DNA from: Botryllus schlosseri
Lineage: Eukaryota
Assembly (NCBI GenBank): GCA_051294905.1
Contig: CM119372.1
Location: 29,080,001-29,144,000 of the forward strand
Direction of reading: 5' to 3'
DNA length: 64,000 nucleotides
Part shown: positions 26,701 through 38,973 of the stretch, one piece after another
Layout: the number at the start of each line of letters is the position of its first letter
Position numbering within the stretch: position 1 is the stretch's first letter
Translations under genes and position numbers: made by a program
Notes under the pieces: model-generated
What the model was told of the DNA's origin: nothing
Seen by the model: the letters and a program-made list of their open reading frames with translations, nothing else
The model's database searches: none

Positions 26701-29299
26701 AAGTACTTGACACAAACAAAATATCGAATGGAGACTTCGGTTTCATTACCAAGCTAGTGAAAATTGTTTTCTGTTGGCCAGGTAGGACACATTTGACAAA
26801 CATCGTACACATTGTTTCTTCGTGATGGTAACGACTTTCAGCGGCTTGGTTTCATGTCGGGAATTATTATTTGAGGGTTCGAGAACAATCAATACTAGAA
26901 ATGAACAACAATGCAAAACACGTTTAGCAAATAACAGTGTAGCAAGTACTTTTTTGATATTACGAGTGTTGGGCACTAGACACTTCTAGTTGAATTGGAT
27001 GCATCTAACAAACATATCACAATTTACTTTTGCAATAATCAAAGTCTTAGAGTGTATAACCTCGCGATATTTTACATTTAGCGCGCACAATGGGGAGTTA
27101 CTGAAATGATTAAGAATTGATCGCTAGCTTCGAACGGTACTCGATACTTAAAGTGATATTTTCATACTCTGTAAAGTGCATATGTTTCAATTCTCTGTCA
27201 CAAATTCCGACAATAAATCGTTGGATTCAATAGTAACGATATTGTGATATACTGATTCTACACTTAGTCGTTTCAATTACCCGTTGGGAATCGGGATAAT
27301 AAAGCATTTTTGTATCGGATGTTCAATGTATGAATACTGGAATTATTACATCTTTAGTGCTGTTTATCACAACGATAGATTTTAATAATTGTACTGATTG
27401 TTGAATGTAATAATACCGATATTGTCGTTTCATCTTTAGTCTTGGTTACTGGAAATATTTTCTGATATCCGCGATACGCAGAGTGAATTTTACCAAGGTG
27501 GAGTAATTTTCCTATCAAGAACATTTCAGACACACATAGTTTTACAGCTTAATATGTTAATAACGTTGGTACTGAAAAGTTTGTTGTTGTCATAACATTT
27601 ACCACAACGCGGGGTCTAATTAACGCAAATAATTTAATAATCAAGTCATGATCAACTATTACATATGTCGAATCAATGTGTCAATTCATATGTTTACATC
27701 GTGAAAATTTTCAAGATAACGCCTGCGTTCGATTGTAAGAAATGAATTCTCAACTACATTGGTCAGATATTCAAATCTCGTATACTAAAATGTAATATGG
27801 TAATCTCAAACCGCACACCGAGTAGTATTTACTTTGGTTTATAAAATATACCGAGTAGTAATTACTTTATCTTACAGAATAGTAACGACTTTTACAGTTG
27901 AACAAATAAGAAGATGATTTGGCGGTATATGACTACAGCCGAACTTGCTATGGATTTTGGATTGTGGTGATTACTCGTGTAGTCTTGTCTACTTTTCATA
28001 AGGATACTTTTTGCTTTGGTTGGGTAAGTTACAAACGGATTGACTTGACAAGGCTTTTTTGTATTTTACTCTTTTGTGTATGGGAAGATGTTAAAATGTT
28101 GAGACGTAATACTATTTCCATTCACTCGATTACAACAAAAAATGTTGAGACGTAATACTATTTCCGTTCACTCGATTACAACAAAAAATAACCTGCTAGT
28201 TTGTTCAAGGTTTCGACAAATAGATTGAAATATTCCGATTTAACTCATCGCGTCACAAGTCGATCGCGGTATGCACAAGTGGTTGTCAAGTTAGAAATAT
28301 TTACAACAGGTGCTATTTCATTGATTGATTCTATACATTAAAATATCGCGATAGTATTTACTGAAACTCTATTTGATAAACGGAAAACTCAGTCGTGAAT
28401 AGAGTTGTAAGTTTCAAGGATTGTTTCAAAGTACGATCTTGAAATGTGACTGGATCAAAGTTGGTAGTCATGTTTGTCAATATATTTCAATTCAGACTAT
28501 GTCAAAGTCCAAATATTTCATTTTGGATTATCTGGATTTAACTTTAGTACACCCCACGAATGGATTCCGACGCCGCACTATAACATTTTTGATGATAAGG
28601 AGTCGATGATTTTCATGATAGAGTTGACGAGTGATAAGATGCGTGTTTTTGTTAAGAGGTTGATTTCAAGTTAATAAAGACTATAACTGTAAAATGCACA
28701 TACTTGTGATTCTTGATTCTTATAGAATTATAGTTGGTATTGATTCTATAGATGTGAAAACGGTGCGAAGTGTCAAAACATATAGCGATCGCGTGCAAGT
28801 GACAAATTGTTGGTTTTCGAATCACAGTCTGCACCGGTTCGGTTATTCATTACTTATTACTTGATAGTAAAAACCATCGACATATTAAACTGTAGCGATT
28901 GGGATGTAAGTAATGGTAAGACGCGAAAAATGGCTATGTCTTAGGTGTTATCTTGTGAGTGATCGTGGGGTTTGTTATATATTTCACACCTATTTGAAGT
29001 GTTAGTTTGTGAGCGTGGTTATTGTTGGTATTCGAATCGCCGTCTACGCCGGCTCTGGGACAAACTAATTACCAAAACATTACCATGTGCCAGATTTAGC
29101 AAACTATTTCACACCTTTTCGAACTGTTAGTTTGTGAGCGTGGTTATTGCTGATATTCGAATCACCGTCTACGCCGGCTCTGTGGTAAACTAATTACCAA
29201 AACATTACCATGTGCCAGATTTAGCAAACTATTTCACACCTTTTCGAACTGTTAGTTTGTGAGCGTGGTTATTGCTGATATTCGAATCACCGTCTACGC

Positions 29300-29581
29300 T
29301 TTATAGTGGCGAGATAGCGCAGTGGTATAATCCGCGGCTGCAACACCAATGGGTGCGGGTTCGAGTCCGACCGAGGTCGACTTCCGAATTCCGATACCTA
29401 AGTGTTGGAGGTTTACCTAGGCTCCTCCTCGCCACATCATCCGCGTCAGCGGTGTCTTACAAAAGCCTAGAGGTGGGCCGTGCTATAAGTCGGCAGTTAC
29501 GGAAAATAAAAAGAATATCGGCCTGGTGTAAATGACCATAGTAGTCGACAAACACCATGAATACCACAAACCAACCAATCA
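29300..29581 (+). mobile_element. tRNA-derived SINE (family A) in the right arm of element 2
   Basis: Pol III A/B boxes; TSD ACCGTCTACGC (29289-29299, 29582-29592); an independent copy of the family lies at 59894-60157. Confidence 0.85.
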
Positions 29582-30899
29582 ACCGTCTACGCCGGCTCTG
29601 TGGTAAACTAATTACTAAAGTAACACCATGCGACTGATTCCTAGATTTAGCAAACTATTTCGCACTGAATGGATTAGTGTAATAATCGATAGTAGCACAC
29701 GACTGGACGGGAAATAATTCAGCGCGCAGGTCATTCGAAATATAGGTCGCACGCACTGCGTAATCCTATTGCAAGCCACGTTTCCGTTTGTGCGGTTATT
29801 GTTGGTGACTCGTACATATTCAACACCACGCGAGAGATGCCTATACTCGAAAGTACGAATCACCGCCGCGCCCATAAGAACACATGGTGAATCAGTAGAG
29901 ACCCTGTAAGAATACACGACAGACGAATCACCGCCACCACCTATAGCAAAAAAGGCGAGTCACACCCTCGACTTTTCACGGCGAATCACGACCGCGGCCT
30001 ATACCCAAAAGTACGAATCACGACCCGAGTTTTCAATACGAGTCACCGCCCCAGCCTATACCCAAAAGTACGAATCACGACCCCGAGTTTTCAATACGAG
30101 TCACCGCCACAGCCTATACCTAAAAGTACGAATCACGACCGCGTCCATAAGAACCCATTACGACTCACCACCACAAGGGGGGTCTGAAAGTACGAGTCAC
30201 CACCCCCGGTTTTCAATACGAGTCACCACCCCGCCCATAAGAACCAATGGCCGTTCGCGAGCGATCTACTATACTACTTCCGTAAACTAGGAAAAACGAG
30301 TTTGCGGGTCAATTGGATGCACCTAGCACCTAGTGTAAGAGTGAGAGTGCCCAATGAACGGCGCAGCAATAGGCAGTACGCCTGTGGTTTGCCCCGCTGC
30401 TCACTTACTCCTGAGCTCCGGCATCATTATTCAAGATGGCAAACTCCGTCACAATGCAAAATTCGAGGATGAGTTAGGGTGTTCCAGAGCCACTAGCAGA
30501 ATAAAATATATGTTTTGTAATCAGTACCGCGGTAGCTTTAGATTGATGTCAATTTTATCAATTTTCGAGCTCGGAAAACCAGCCTAAATAGTATCGTACA
30601 TTTACTTTGATCAAATGGAGAGAATGACTTTACTCCCTCACAGTGATTTGCTTGTGTCTACGCCACCGCAGGGCACTGTGGTATAGGACACTACGATGAT
30701 ATGATTTGAGCGTGGATCAATGTGAAGTGCACATGAAAATGTTTGACACGCATGCTTCTCATATATTGAAATCTGCCAAACGGAAGAGAAAAGACTACAA
30801 ACCTCTGGTCTCGATTAATAACACAATCAGCTTAAAATGACGTCACAGGCATGATTTGGATTTTCATCAAATTTGGTGATACTATTGTTGGTATACAAC

Positions 30900-31592
30900 C
30901 GGGATCATAACTGCCGCACCCTAACCCCCCAATTGGGGGTAGGGGCGAGCTCAAAGGGGCCGAAATTATGTCGTGAAACAAACATAAATTATAGAGTATT
31001 TTTTAATAGAATTTAGGCGCTATTTAATGTTGCCAAATATATTGATGATTGGGTACCCTTCCAACTAATGTTTTATCGTCCATAGACGCCTAACGGGCTG
31101 GTGCTGAACGTTCCTGTCCTGGCAATATAAACCACTCAAGACGACTGCAATCCCGCATAGAAAAGTTATTTTCCAGTGAAGAAATATCAATTTGAAATCG
31201 TGTGCGTCTTTCAGTTTAGTACGTGTGGGCGATTTCAGTATCTTTTGATATAGCTGACACAAGGCCCGGCCGACACCTCGCAACAACTCAATCATCTCTA
31301 CCGGTAAATCTGATTACGTGGGCTGTGGAAGGATAAAAGAAATTTAGCAATATATATGCAATTGCCGACATTATTCATTGATAAAATCATGAATTATAGA
31401 AAAAAAATCGCGCTTCGCACGACTAGCCGAAATAAACTGACTGCCTAACTAATGAATATAACTAAATTCGCTAGTGAAAATGGAAATCCGAAAGGGGGTT
31501 GGCGGTCGTAGCCCCCCAGAAGTTCGGTAGTACCCGATGCGGGGCCCAAGACCAACGTTTGCGGGGGCTGACGAAGTGCTGTTTCGGCCCTG
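30900..31592. mobile_element. MITE with 8-bp TSD (same family as 54806-55682)
   Basis: TSD TATACAAC on both sides; shared ends ...AACTGCCGCACCC / GGGGGCTGACGAAGTGCTGTT(T/A)CGGCCCTG. Confidence 0.8.
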
Positions 31593-33053
31593 TATACAAC
31601 GTTCACTAGTATACTAAGCAAGTTGCTGCCGAGTGGTAGCAAAAATATTCGAGTCTATTTCAATATGAATATATTCTTCAATTGATTATAATATATAGCA
31701 GGGGTCGGGAACCTATGGCTCTTTTGTTGATATATTATGGCTCTCCGATATATTTTCAATTCGACACTTGGTTTGCTTCTTATTTATTAATGTTTCTGCA
31801 ACATATTTAAAATTTTCATGACGGCGAGATTCCTTACTCTGATTGCAGCCGAAACAAGTGTATGCGTGATCGAGACAATGTAAAATATCCGGGGTTTTAG
31901 GGCTCGGAATAAGCCTATTCAAAATCCCAAACCTTATGTTGGATATTGCCTGCTGATGATTGTTCATTTGAATCAGTCCATTATAATAGTTCATTTCTAA
32001 AATAGGTCAACACGGTTATTTAGGGACCCACACTGAATACATTTTTTCGTCGGGTTCGATGCAGAGTTGTGTGATTGCAAATATGAGGTTAAGGACGAGT
32101 TGGCAACCAATATATCGCGCAACAATTCGCCGTGCCGACGTCGCGCGCATTGATAAGTTGGATTGCACGATGCTTTGATTGAGCGGAGAGACAATAGACA
32201 AGCCGAAGCCCCTGTGACGATGCAGTTTTCAAATCTACGTTGTTAATATTATTATTATTCAAATGCACATTGTCTTTTTGATCATCGGTGAGAAATGAAC
32301 TCCCTTGGAAGATGCATCCCTTCAAAAACGTGCCCGACTCTTGATGTATGGTATAATTATCTGTTATTTCGATATTCCGATTTAACTCGCCAGGCAACGA
32401 TGATCCGAGTAGGCCCTATACTCCAATCGGAAACGAGTATTCATTGTAATGATTCCTGGCGAATAGCAAGAGACCGCTTTTCGATACTGAAATTATTCGC
32501 CCTTGTTCACTAGGAGCTATATTTTTTCCGACGATGCTTCGAAAACAAAATTGGTCGTCCGAAAGCTTCTAAAATATGTCGTACAAAGCAACGCTTGCTT
32601 GTTGGAATGAAATTTCTGTGACGTCGCGATCAACCAACCGCACTGTCACAAAGTGTAATGAAATAAGTATGACCAACGAAATTCCCAAATTATCTTTATG
32701 TGATGTAGAAATGGTATTATTTTCTTTATTTTTATATAAAAGATACATATTCGATCATTCGACATCATTCATATTGCTATGATTTAAAATGAGCGATACT
32801 AGAATACTCGACTTGATTCGACACCTAATACCCGCTTCGAAATTGGTCGTGATTGCTAACCAGCCGTTACTCAAAGTACGAATTACTGACGAGATCACAG
32901 TTACGAATTTCGAGCTGTTTGAGTTGTGAAATGCAAGTGGATTTGTGAAAATCTGCTATGCTGCATGTAGTGATGGCACCTCGACACCATGAAAGCTGAT
33001 ATTACGGGGATAATAGGGCTCCCCAGGAATAAAATCGAAAATATAGTCCGAAT

Positions 33054-33488
33054 ATGACTCCTTTGACGAAGAAGGTTTCCGATCCCTGGACTCGCCTCGA
33101 TTTATTAAAATTTCAAGGCATCGTGAAGAAAGAAAACGAGGATACAAAGAAAGTTGTTATGGATGTCTGTAAAGCGATCGGGGAAAGATTGGACGAAGAG
33201 GACCTATTATTATGCTATCGTAAACCTCTCCGATATGCTACAAAAACGTCCCCTATCATGGTGAAATTCCTAGATCGAACTATCCGAGATGAGATCTACT
33301 TTGCAAGATTGAAACTTCGCGACGTTTCGAGCGCAAAGCTGGAAAATGCCAGCTCAATCTTCATCGCGGAAAATCTTCCCGAGAGGACCCTGAAGTTATT
33401 GTATGACGCCCGTCAACTGAAAAAGAAGCAAACATTTGATTTCCTTTGGACAAGACATGGGAAGATCTGGGCAAAAAAAGAACGTTGA
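33054..33488 (+). pseudogene. LINE ORF1 fragment
   Basis: PIMVKF..R..RDEIY, IFIAENL, FLWTRHGKIW motifs typical of invertebrate CR1/L2 ORF1 C-termini. Confidence 0.7.
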
Positions 33489-33608
33489 CTCATCAGCATT
33501 TCTAATCGAAAAACATAGTGATCTACAGAAGATCCTGTGAGCAACTATTCTCCCTCACGCAACCTATTCATAGTAAGCGCATTATTTTTCATTTTTTCAT
33601 TCATTATT

Positions 33609-36416
33609 ATGCCTTTGCCCCACTATTCCTTTGATCTTGCTAGTAGGCGACATGACAAACACAATTTCAATGCCACGGACTGTCTGCAACCTCAATCAGA
33701 CCCCCATGAAGGTGCTGATTTGTCCCCAGAAAGCTTCAACTTTAACAATGTCAAGAAATGTGAATATGTTTGCCTAGATAAATCGACTGATATCCTAACA
33801 GGATCCTCCAACCCAGATCGATTCACAATATCTCATTTTAATATGAGATCCCTCAAGAAGAACCATGATGATCTTTCTGAAATCATAACGTCGCTGAATA
33901 GTATGCATAATTCCATTGCTATTTCTGAGACCAAACTCCAATCTGATCCGACTTCTAATATAGCATTGGATGGATATACGTTCCTTTACTCACTGACCCG
34001 TTCCAATGCGGGCGGGGTAGGTCTCTATATCAAATCTAATCTGCGATTCACTGTGCTAACGGCCTATAATCTTGCGTATCGAGACTGTCAGCAGCTATGG
34101 GTCAATTTGGAAGATTTCCAGAATAACAGGTCCCTAATCATTGCGATCATTTATAGACACCCTAGATCTAGGGTGGATGATGTCACCGAATTCACAGAAG
34201 AAAAATGAATCGAGCCTTGTGTAAAATTAACGAAAAGTCGAACGATTATTTCAACATTGGAGATCTTAATGTTAACCTCAAAGCAATAAATAGCTCGACT
34301 GTGAACCGATATATCAATATGTTACGATGCTGTACCTTCGTACCATTAATTTCCCTACCGACTAGGTATTCGGACAGTTCTAGTACTCTTCTTGACCATA
34401 TTTACACGAATTTATCCACCCGGGAAATTCAACCGTGTGTGTGCTCATATGTAATATCTGACCACTTGCCTGTTTTTGCGATAGTTGATTTGAGAACTTG
34501 CAAATGTAAACCCTTGCATTATTATAAACGTGACCTCGATGGTATTGATCCTTCCCGTTTAACAATCGAATCTCATTATGTGTTCTCTAGATTATTTGAC
34601 AAACCCTTAACCTTGAGTAATTTTGAAGCATACTTCGATGCTTCCAAGAATGCCATTGACGAGTTATTGAACAGTCATGGCCCTCCGATCACAGTCAGCA
34701 GGCGCGACCGTAAATTACTCCGCAAACCTTGGATATCGAAAGGTATTCTGGTCTCTATCAGACAGCGTAACATAATGCATTATCCTCTTTTTGTTAAGGG
34801 CAATGCTGAGCATAGAAAATTTTATAAAACTTACTCGAATAAGTTAACTCGTGTCAAAAGAAAGCCTGAGGAAAACTATTTCTTGAAAGCTTTCCTAGAG
34901 AATAGAAACAATCCGAAAAAGAGGTGGAAAATGATCAACAGTATGATTCATAGGGATTCTAAAACCTCGAGTAAGCATTTGAGTATCACTGATTCGACTG
35001 GCGAGATGATGATTACCCCGGGTGAGATTGCTGAATCGTTTTTTCGACTATTTTTGCACGTTAAGTCCATCGCTGGCGCGCGAATTGCCTGGAATTAATT
35101 AGTCCGTACATCTCTTCACTAGTTTGCAAGATATTCAACTTCTGTATAAATAATGGAATCTTTCCGAACCCCCTAAAAATAGCAAGGAGATGACACCAAC
35201 AGAAGTAACTACAGATCAATTTCTGTACTACCAACCATGGCTAAAGTGTTCGAAAAGCTAGTCCATATGAGGTTGATAAATTTCCTTGATAAAGAAGAAA
35301 TTCTGTCGAAACATCAATTTGGTTTTCGGGAAGGATTCAATACCTACCAAGCAATTCTCGATGTGACGGAGAAATACTATAAGGTAATTGAGCGAAACAA
35401 AGTGGCATGTAGTATATTCCTTGATCTCAAGAAAGCGTTTGATACCGTTGATCATGACATCCTTCTTGCCAAGTTATCGGCCTGCGGTATCAGGGGTGTT
35501 GCCAATGACCTTTTCAGATCTTATTTGAGCAATAGATCTCAATGTGTCGATATCGGTGGCATCAACTCGTCGCCTAGCGCCATACGATGCGGTGTCCCTC
35601 AAGGGTCTGTTCTTGGTCCGACATTGTTCCTGATATATATCAACGACCTAGCTAAATCCACATCGCTGGAAACCACCCTATTTGCTGATGACACGCACCT
35701 CTTCGTCTCATCAGATGACGTTGAAGAGCTCAATGCGAAGCTTATTAGGGATATGACTTTGGTATCAAAGTGGATGTGTGTAATAAATTAACACTGGATG
35801 CTGCCAAAACCCAGATTATATTCATTAGTAGCACCATAAGTACTAGAGAATATCGCACTGTTAGTGTAATGGTAAATGATAACACGATAAACCCTTCTAT
35901 GTTTGCAAAATATCTTGGCATATTCATTGATAGCGATCTATCCTGGAACGACCATGACCAGAATCTAGCGGTTAAACTCTCCCGTGGCGTTGGCATCTTA
36001 CGGCGCCTTAGACATGTAGTTGCGAAGACCGTGCTCCGAGAAGTGTATTTTGCAATGGTTCACAGTCACTTGCAATATGGAATTTTGAGTTGGGGCTTCT
36101 GCTTTGCATCCAATACAGGTGATACAAAACAACGCCATTCGCGCTCCTACGGGATCATTTCGATGTAATCTTGAGAAGTCATATCGGGAGTGGAGAATAT
36201 TGAAAGTAGAAGAAATTAAATAACTGGAAGTAGCTAAATTCATGTATCGATTTCACAATAAACAGCTTGCCTTTAGTTTGGAGGATCAATTACAACTATC
36301 AACATCCACCCATAGTCATAATACCAGATTTTCAGCCACACCAAATTACCGCCACAATTTCGTAAGGAAGGAATTCTGCAAACGATCTCTTTTGATAGCC
36401 AGTCCCAACATCTGAA
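33609..36416 (+). pseudogene. LINE ORF2: apurinic-like endonuclease plus reverse transcriptase, frameshifted
   Basis: APE motifs FNMRSL, IAISETKL, GGVGLYI, IYRHP, GDLN, LLDHIY, SDHLPV; RT motifs QFGFR, FLDLKKAFDTVDH, GVPQGSVLGP, FADDT, KYLGIFID. Split over several frames. Confidence 0.92.
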
Positions 36417-36545
36417 ATAGCATTCCCATTACTATTCGTGAACGAAGCTTCAACGGTTTTAAAAATCACTGATAGACTATCTGCTGGACCCCTCTAATCA
36501 AGCTATTGGTCTGTGATTGTGCCACTGTTGTTGTCGCTGTTCGAG

Positions 36546-38505
36546 CAGGGCTTTGGAGCCGGAGCCGGAGTCCGGATCCGGAGCCCCGGAGCCCTGCTTT
36601 TACCGGAGCTGGAGCCGGAGCCGGAGCTCTACATAAAATTCAGCCAGAGCCGTAGCAGGAGCTGGAGCCAGTTATTTGAGGGGTAGCTCCGGCTCCGACG
36701 TATTCAATAAGATGCTATTATCATATCTGCTGAGTTCACATAATTCAACAGCAGGCCTTCGCGAAATTAGGAATCTTTTCCTCTTTGGCTCTACCTAATA
36801 CCTAATAATGATCACTATGTATTACACGAAATGGGAGAGAGGATAAAAACGTGATTTCGTGCACATGTCGATATGACGAGCACGAGCCGATAAATTCTAT
36901 CTTATCGTTGCTATGAATCGGATGAGCAAATAAATACTCGTTCTTTCGTGATAGTTCTATCGGGTCGCGAAATTGGACAGTGTGTGCAATTATGCATAAT
37001 AATTGGAATTCATTACTACGTATCATCGTCATTCACTCTAGTAAGGATTTTGGAGCGTAAATAGGGTATGGCAGAAGAGTAGCCCCAAACCCCGTGGTAT
37101 TTTATGTTGGAGACAAATTACTGATTTGATACGCGATTTCCCATTTGTAATCATCTGCTCCGTTAATTCATTCTTGATGTCTGCTTGATACTCTAGCATT
37201 CCCGGATTATCGCGCACTTTAACTTATAAGTGTGCAATGTGCATACAGCATAGTTTAATTCGTTATAGGCATGGCGCGGTGCAAATCGAATTTCTATTGA
37301 TCACGTCGTAATATCCGCCCACATCGCTCTTACTACAGTTACAGTTGAATAATAATCGCACATTTAAAAATTGAATTGAGCTGTATGGCTTAATGTTAAC
37401 GAGTACAGTGCCAGTGTTCAAACGCCGCATAAGAATTTTAATGCTGTACAGTACACAGCAATGGCACGGAGTAAAGTGCGTTCTAGTGCAACTACGACGT
37501 TTTCGACAATTGATATGTATTCATTATGTCGTCACCAGCCGGTGGGCGGTACCTATGTCTTCGTTGCTGCATCTGATGTTACTGACGGCTGACAGACTAT
37601 AGATTACTATAGATAACTAACCTACGGGTAAATTAGTAATCTATATAGACCAGGGGTGGCTCACCTTTTCGGCTAAGGGCCACATGAAATTGACGAACGA
37701 GTGCGCTACCCACTAGCCGCGCCAGGCGCGTAAAATTTTCAAAGTTAATATTATTATTACTTGGGTATATTGCGGGTCGACTGTATACCGCCCGCTGGAC
37801 GCAGTTTGCAAGGACAGGACTATTCGGCATCTGGACATATCGATATCGAAGATTTCCGCTAATATACGATAATCATTTTGTGCCTACATTTCATCGTCGA
37901 CGATCTTTCTGCGAGCGCAAACGCGAAAATACTTTCTCTCGCAGTTACGAATATAGTAACTGTAGTAGTAGTATTAGTTAGACTCAATCGGCTAAATCAG
38001 GCGTTTTCTCATTTTCAGGTGGGGGAAGGCTACAGAGAAAGAAATCGTGTGACAATTAAACACGCGAAGCGTGAAGAAAAATTTTACTACTTTTTAGTTT
38101 ATTGAAATGTACGACGATTTACTAAAAATGGGACTGGACCCTGGATCTGCCAATGAGTCGGAACTGATATTTTAGTCATCAACATCCCAAGTGTCGCGGC
38201 CATACTATTTATATTTTTGGTTGGCCTTGCAAGTTCACAATCTGAGCAATTCAATTTCGATAATATAACAGAATTTCGATACTATAATGGAAAATTAGCT
38301 CGCGGGCCACATATGACCCGCAGACCGCGGGTTGCCCACCCCTAATATAGACGTTAGACATAGACCTTCAATAGTTTTCAGAGCCGGAGCCGGAGCAGTG
38401 GTAATAATGCGGCTCCGGAGCTGGAGCCGGAGCTAATGTATGATAGAAGTAAGCTCCGAAGCCGGAGCTGGAGCAATGCAAATTTACGGCTGCTTCAAAG
38501 CCCTG
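36546..38505. mobile_element. hAT-type MITE (GGAGCC-repeat family) inserted in the LINE 3' UTR
   Basis: TIRs CAGGGCTTTG/CAAAGCCCTG; exact 8-bp TSD TGTTCGAG; GGAGCC arrays at both ends. Confidence 0.9.
37651..38344. mobile_element. hAT-type MITE nested in 36546-38505 (related to 61272-62133)
   Basis: CAGGGGTGGCTCACC/GGTTGCCCACCCCTA ends; exact TSD ATATAGAC. Confidence 0.85.
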
Positions 38506-38783
38506 TGTTCGAGCATGGTTTTCTTATATGTATGTTGTTCGTTTATACCGATCTCTTTCATTTTTGTGTTTTTGAAATTTATCATTGTGTTCGTCTTTCT
38601 CATGAGATATAATTTGTATGCTCTTTAGGGAAGGGATTGACCATAGATGACCACTCGGTCGTATCGTCCCTTCCCTGTCCCTACCGATTATTTGAATGTT
38701 TCAAATTTTCCTGGTGAGACGAATTTAATAAATGATCTATCTATCTAGTGGACATCAGTATTCAGAAGAAAATATCAACTTAC

Positions 38784-38973
38784 GTTCCCAAAGCTTCTTT
38801 CATTAGGTCATAAACCTCCGAGGAGACAGTCTCGCTCTTTATGAACACTAAATTTTTCCAACCCAAGTCCTTGCATCTCTGCGTTGCCGCTCCCCACATT
38901 TGATCATTTGTAGTATAGAGCCCATATAGATTACCGGTTGACTGACCAAGTGACAAGTAGAGGGGCTCCTGCG
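38784..38973 (-). CDS. C-type lectin gene, exon 2 (N-terminal half of the CTLD)
   Basis: ttacAG acceptor and GTAAGT donor; 190 nt, phase 1 to phase 2; AQEPLYLSLGQSTGNLYGLYTTNDQMWGAATQRCKDLGWKNLVFIKSETVSSEVYDLMKEALG contains the W..A...C..LG..LV.I.S pattern. Confidence 0.8.

Larger units (their letters stand above)
16228..30278. mobile_element. Giant palindromic non-autonomous Polinton/Maverick-like element 2 (complete, 14,051 bp)
   Basis: Termini AGTAGTATAGTAG.../...CTACTATACTACT; exact 6-bp TSD TCCGTA (16222-16227, 30279-30284); inverted arms 16228-22834 and 23790-30278 nearly identical; no long ORF. AGT-repeat termini with a 6-bp TSD are the established Polinton/Maverick signature. Confidence 0.92.
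32950..38747 (+). mobile_element. Decayed CR1/L2-group non-LTR retrotransposon, interrupted in its 3' UTR by a MITE
   Basis: ORF1 followed by APE-RT ORF2 fragments; 3' stem-loop AGGGAAGGGA...TCCCTTCCCT, AATAAA and (ATCT)n tail at ~38727-38747. The 5' boundary is approximate. Confidence 0.85.

Noticed and set aside
29306..29380. tRNA genes at 17245-17316, 29306-29380, 41910-41980, 42890-42962 and 59895-59955
   Set aside because: A and B boxes are present but there is no complete cloverleaf. Each continues into a repeated body, with a tail or TSD where visible, so they are SINE heads.
29415..29470. HDV-like ribozyme in SINE family A (TCCTCGC resembles HDV L3)
   Set aside because: No P3 or P1 pairing could be built around the motif, and it is not kept in families B and C.
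1..30278. Giant inverted repeats as assembly or library artefacts (MDA fold-back chimeras, missed adapters)
   Set aside because: Element 2 has an exact TSD and transposon termini, two diverged elements share the same junction and homologous loops, and the arms differ by real events (one-arm MITE, indels). Read-level confirmation is still advisable.
16228..30278. Autonomous Polinton genes (pPolB, integrase, ATPase, protease, capsid)
   Set aside because: No long ORFs and no motifs recognisable by eye. Highly decayed remnants cannot be excluded without TBLASTN or HMM searches.
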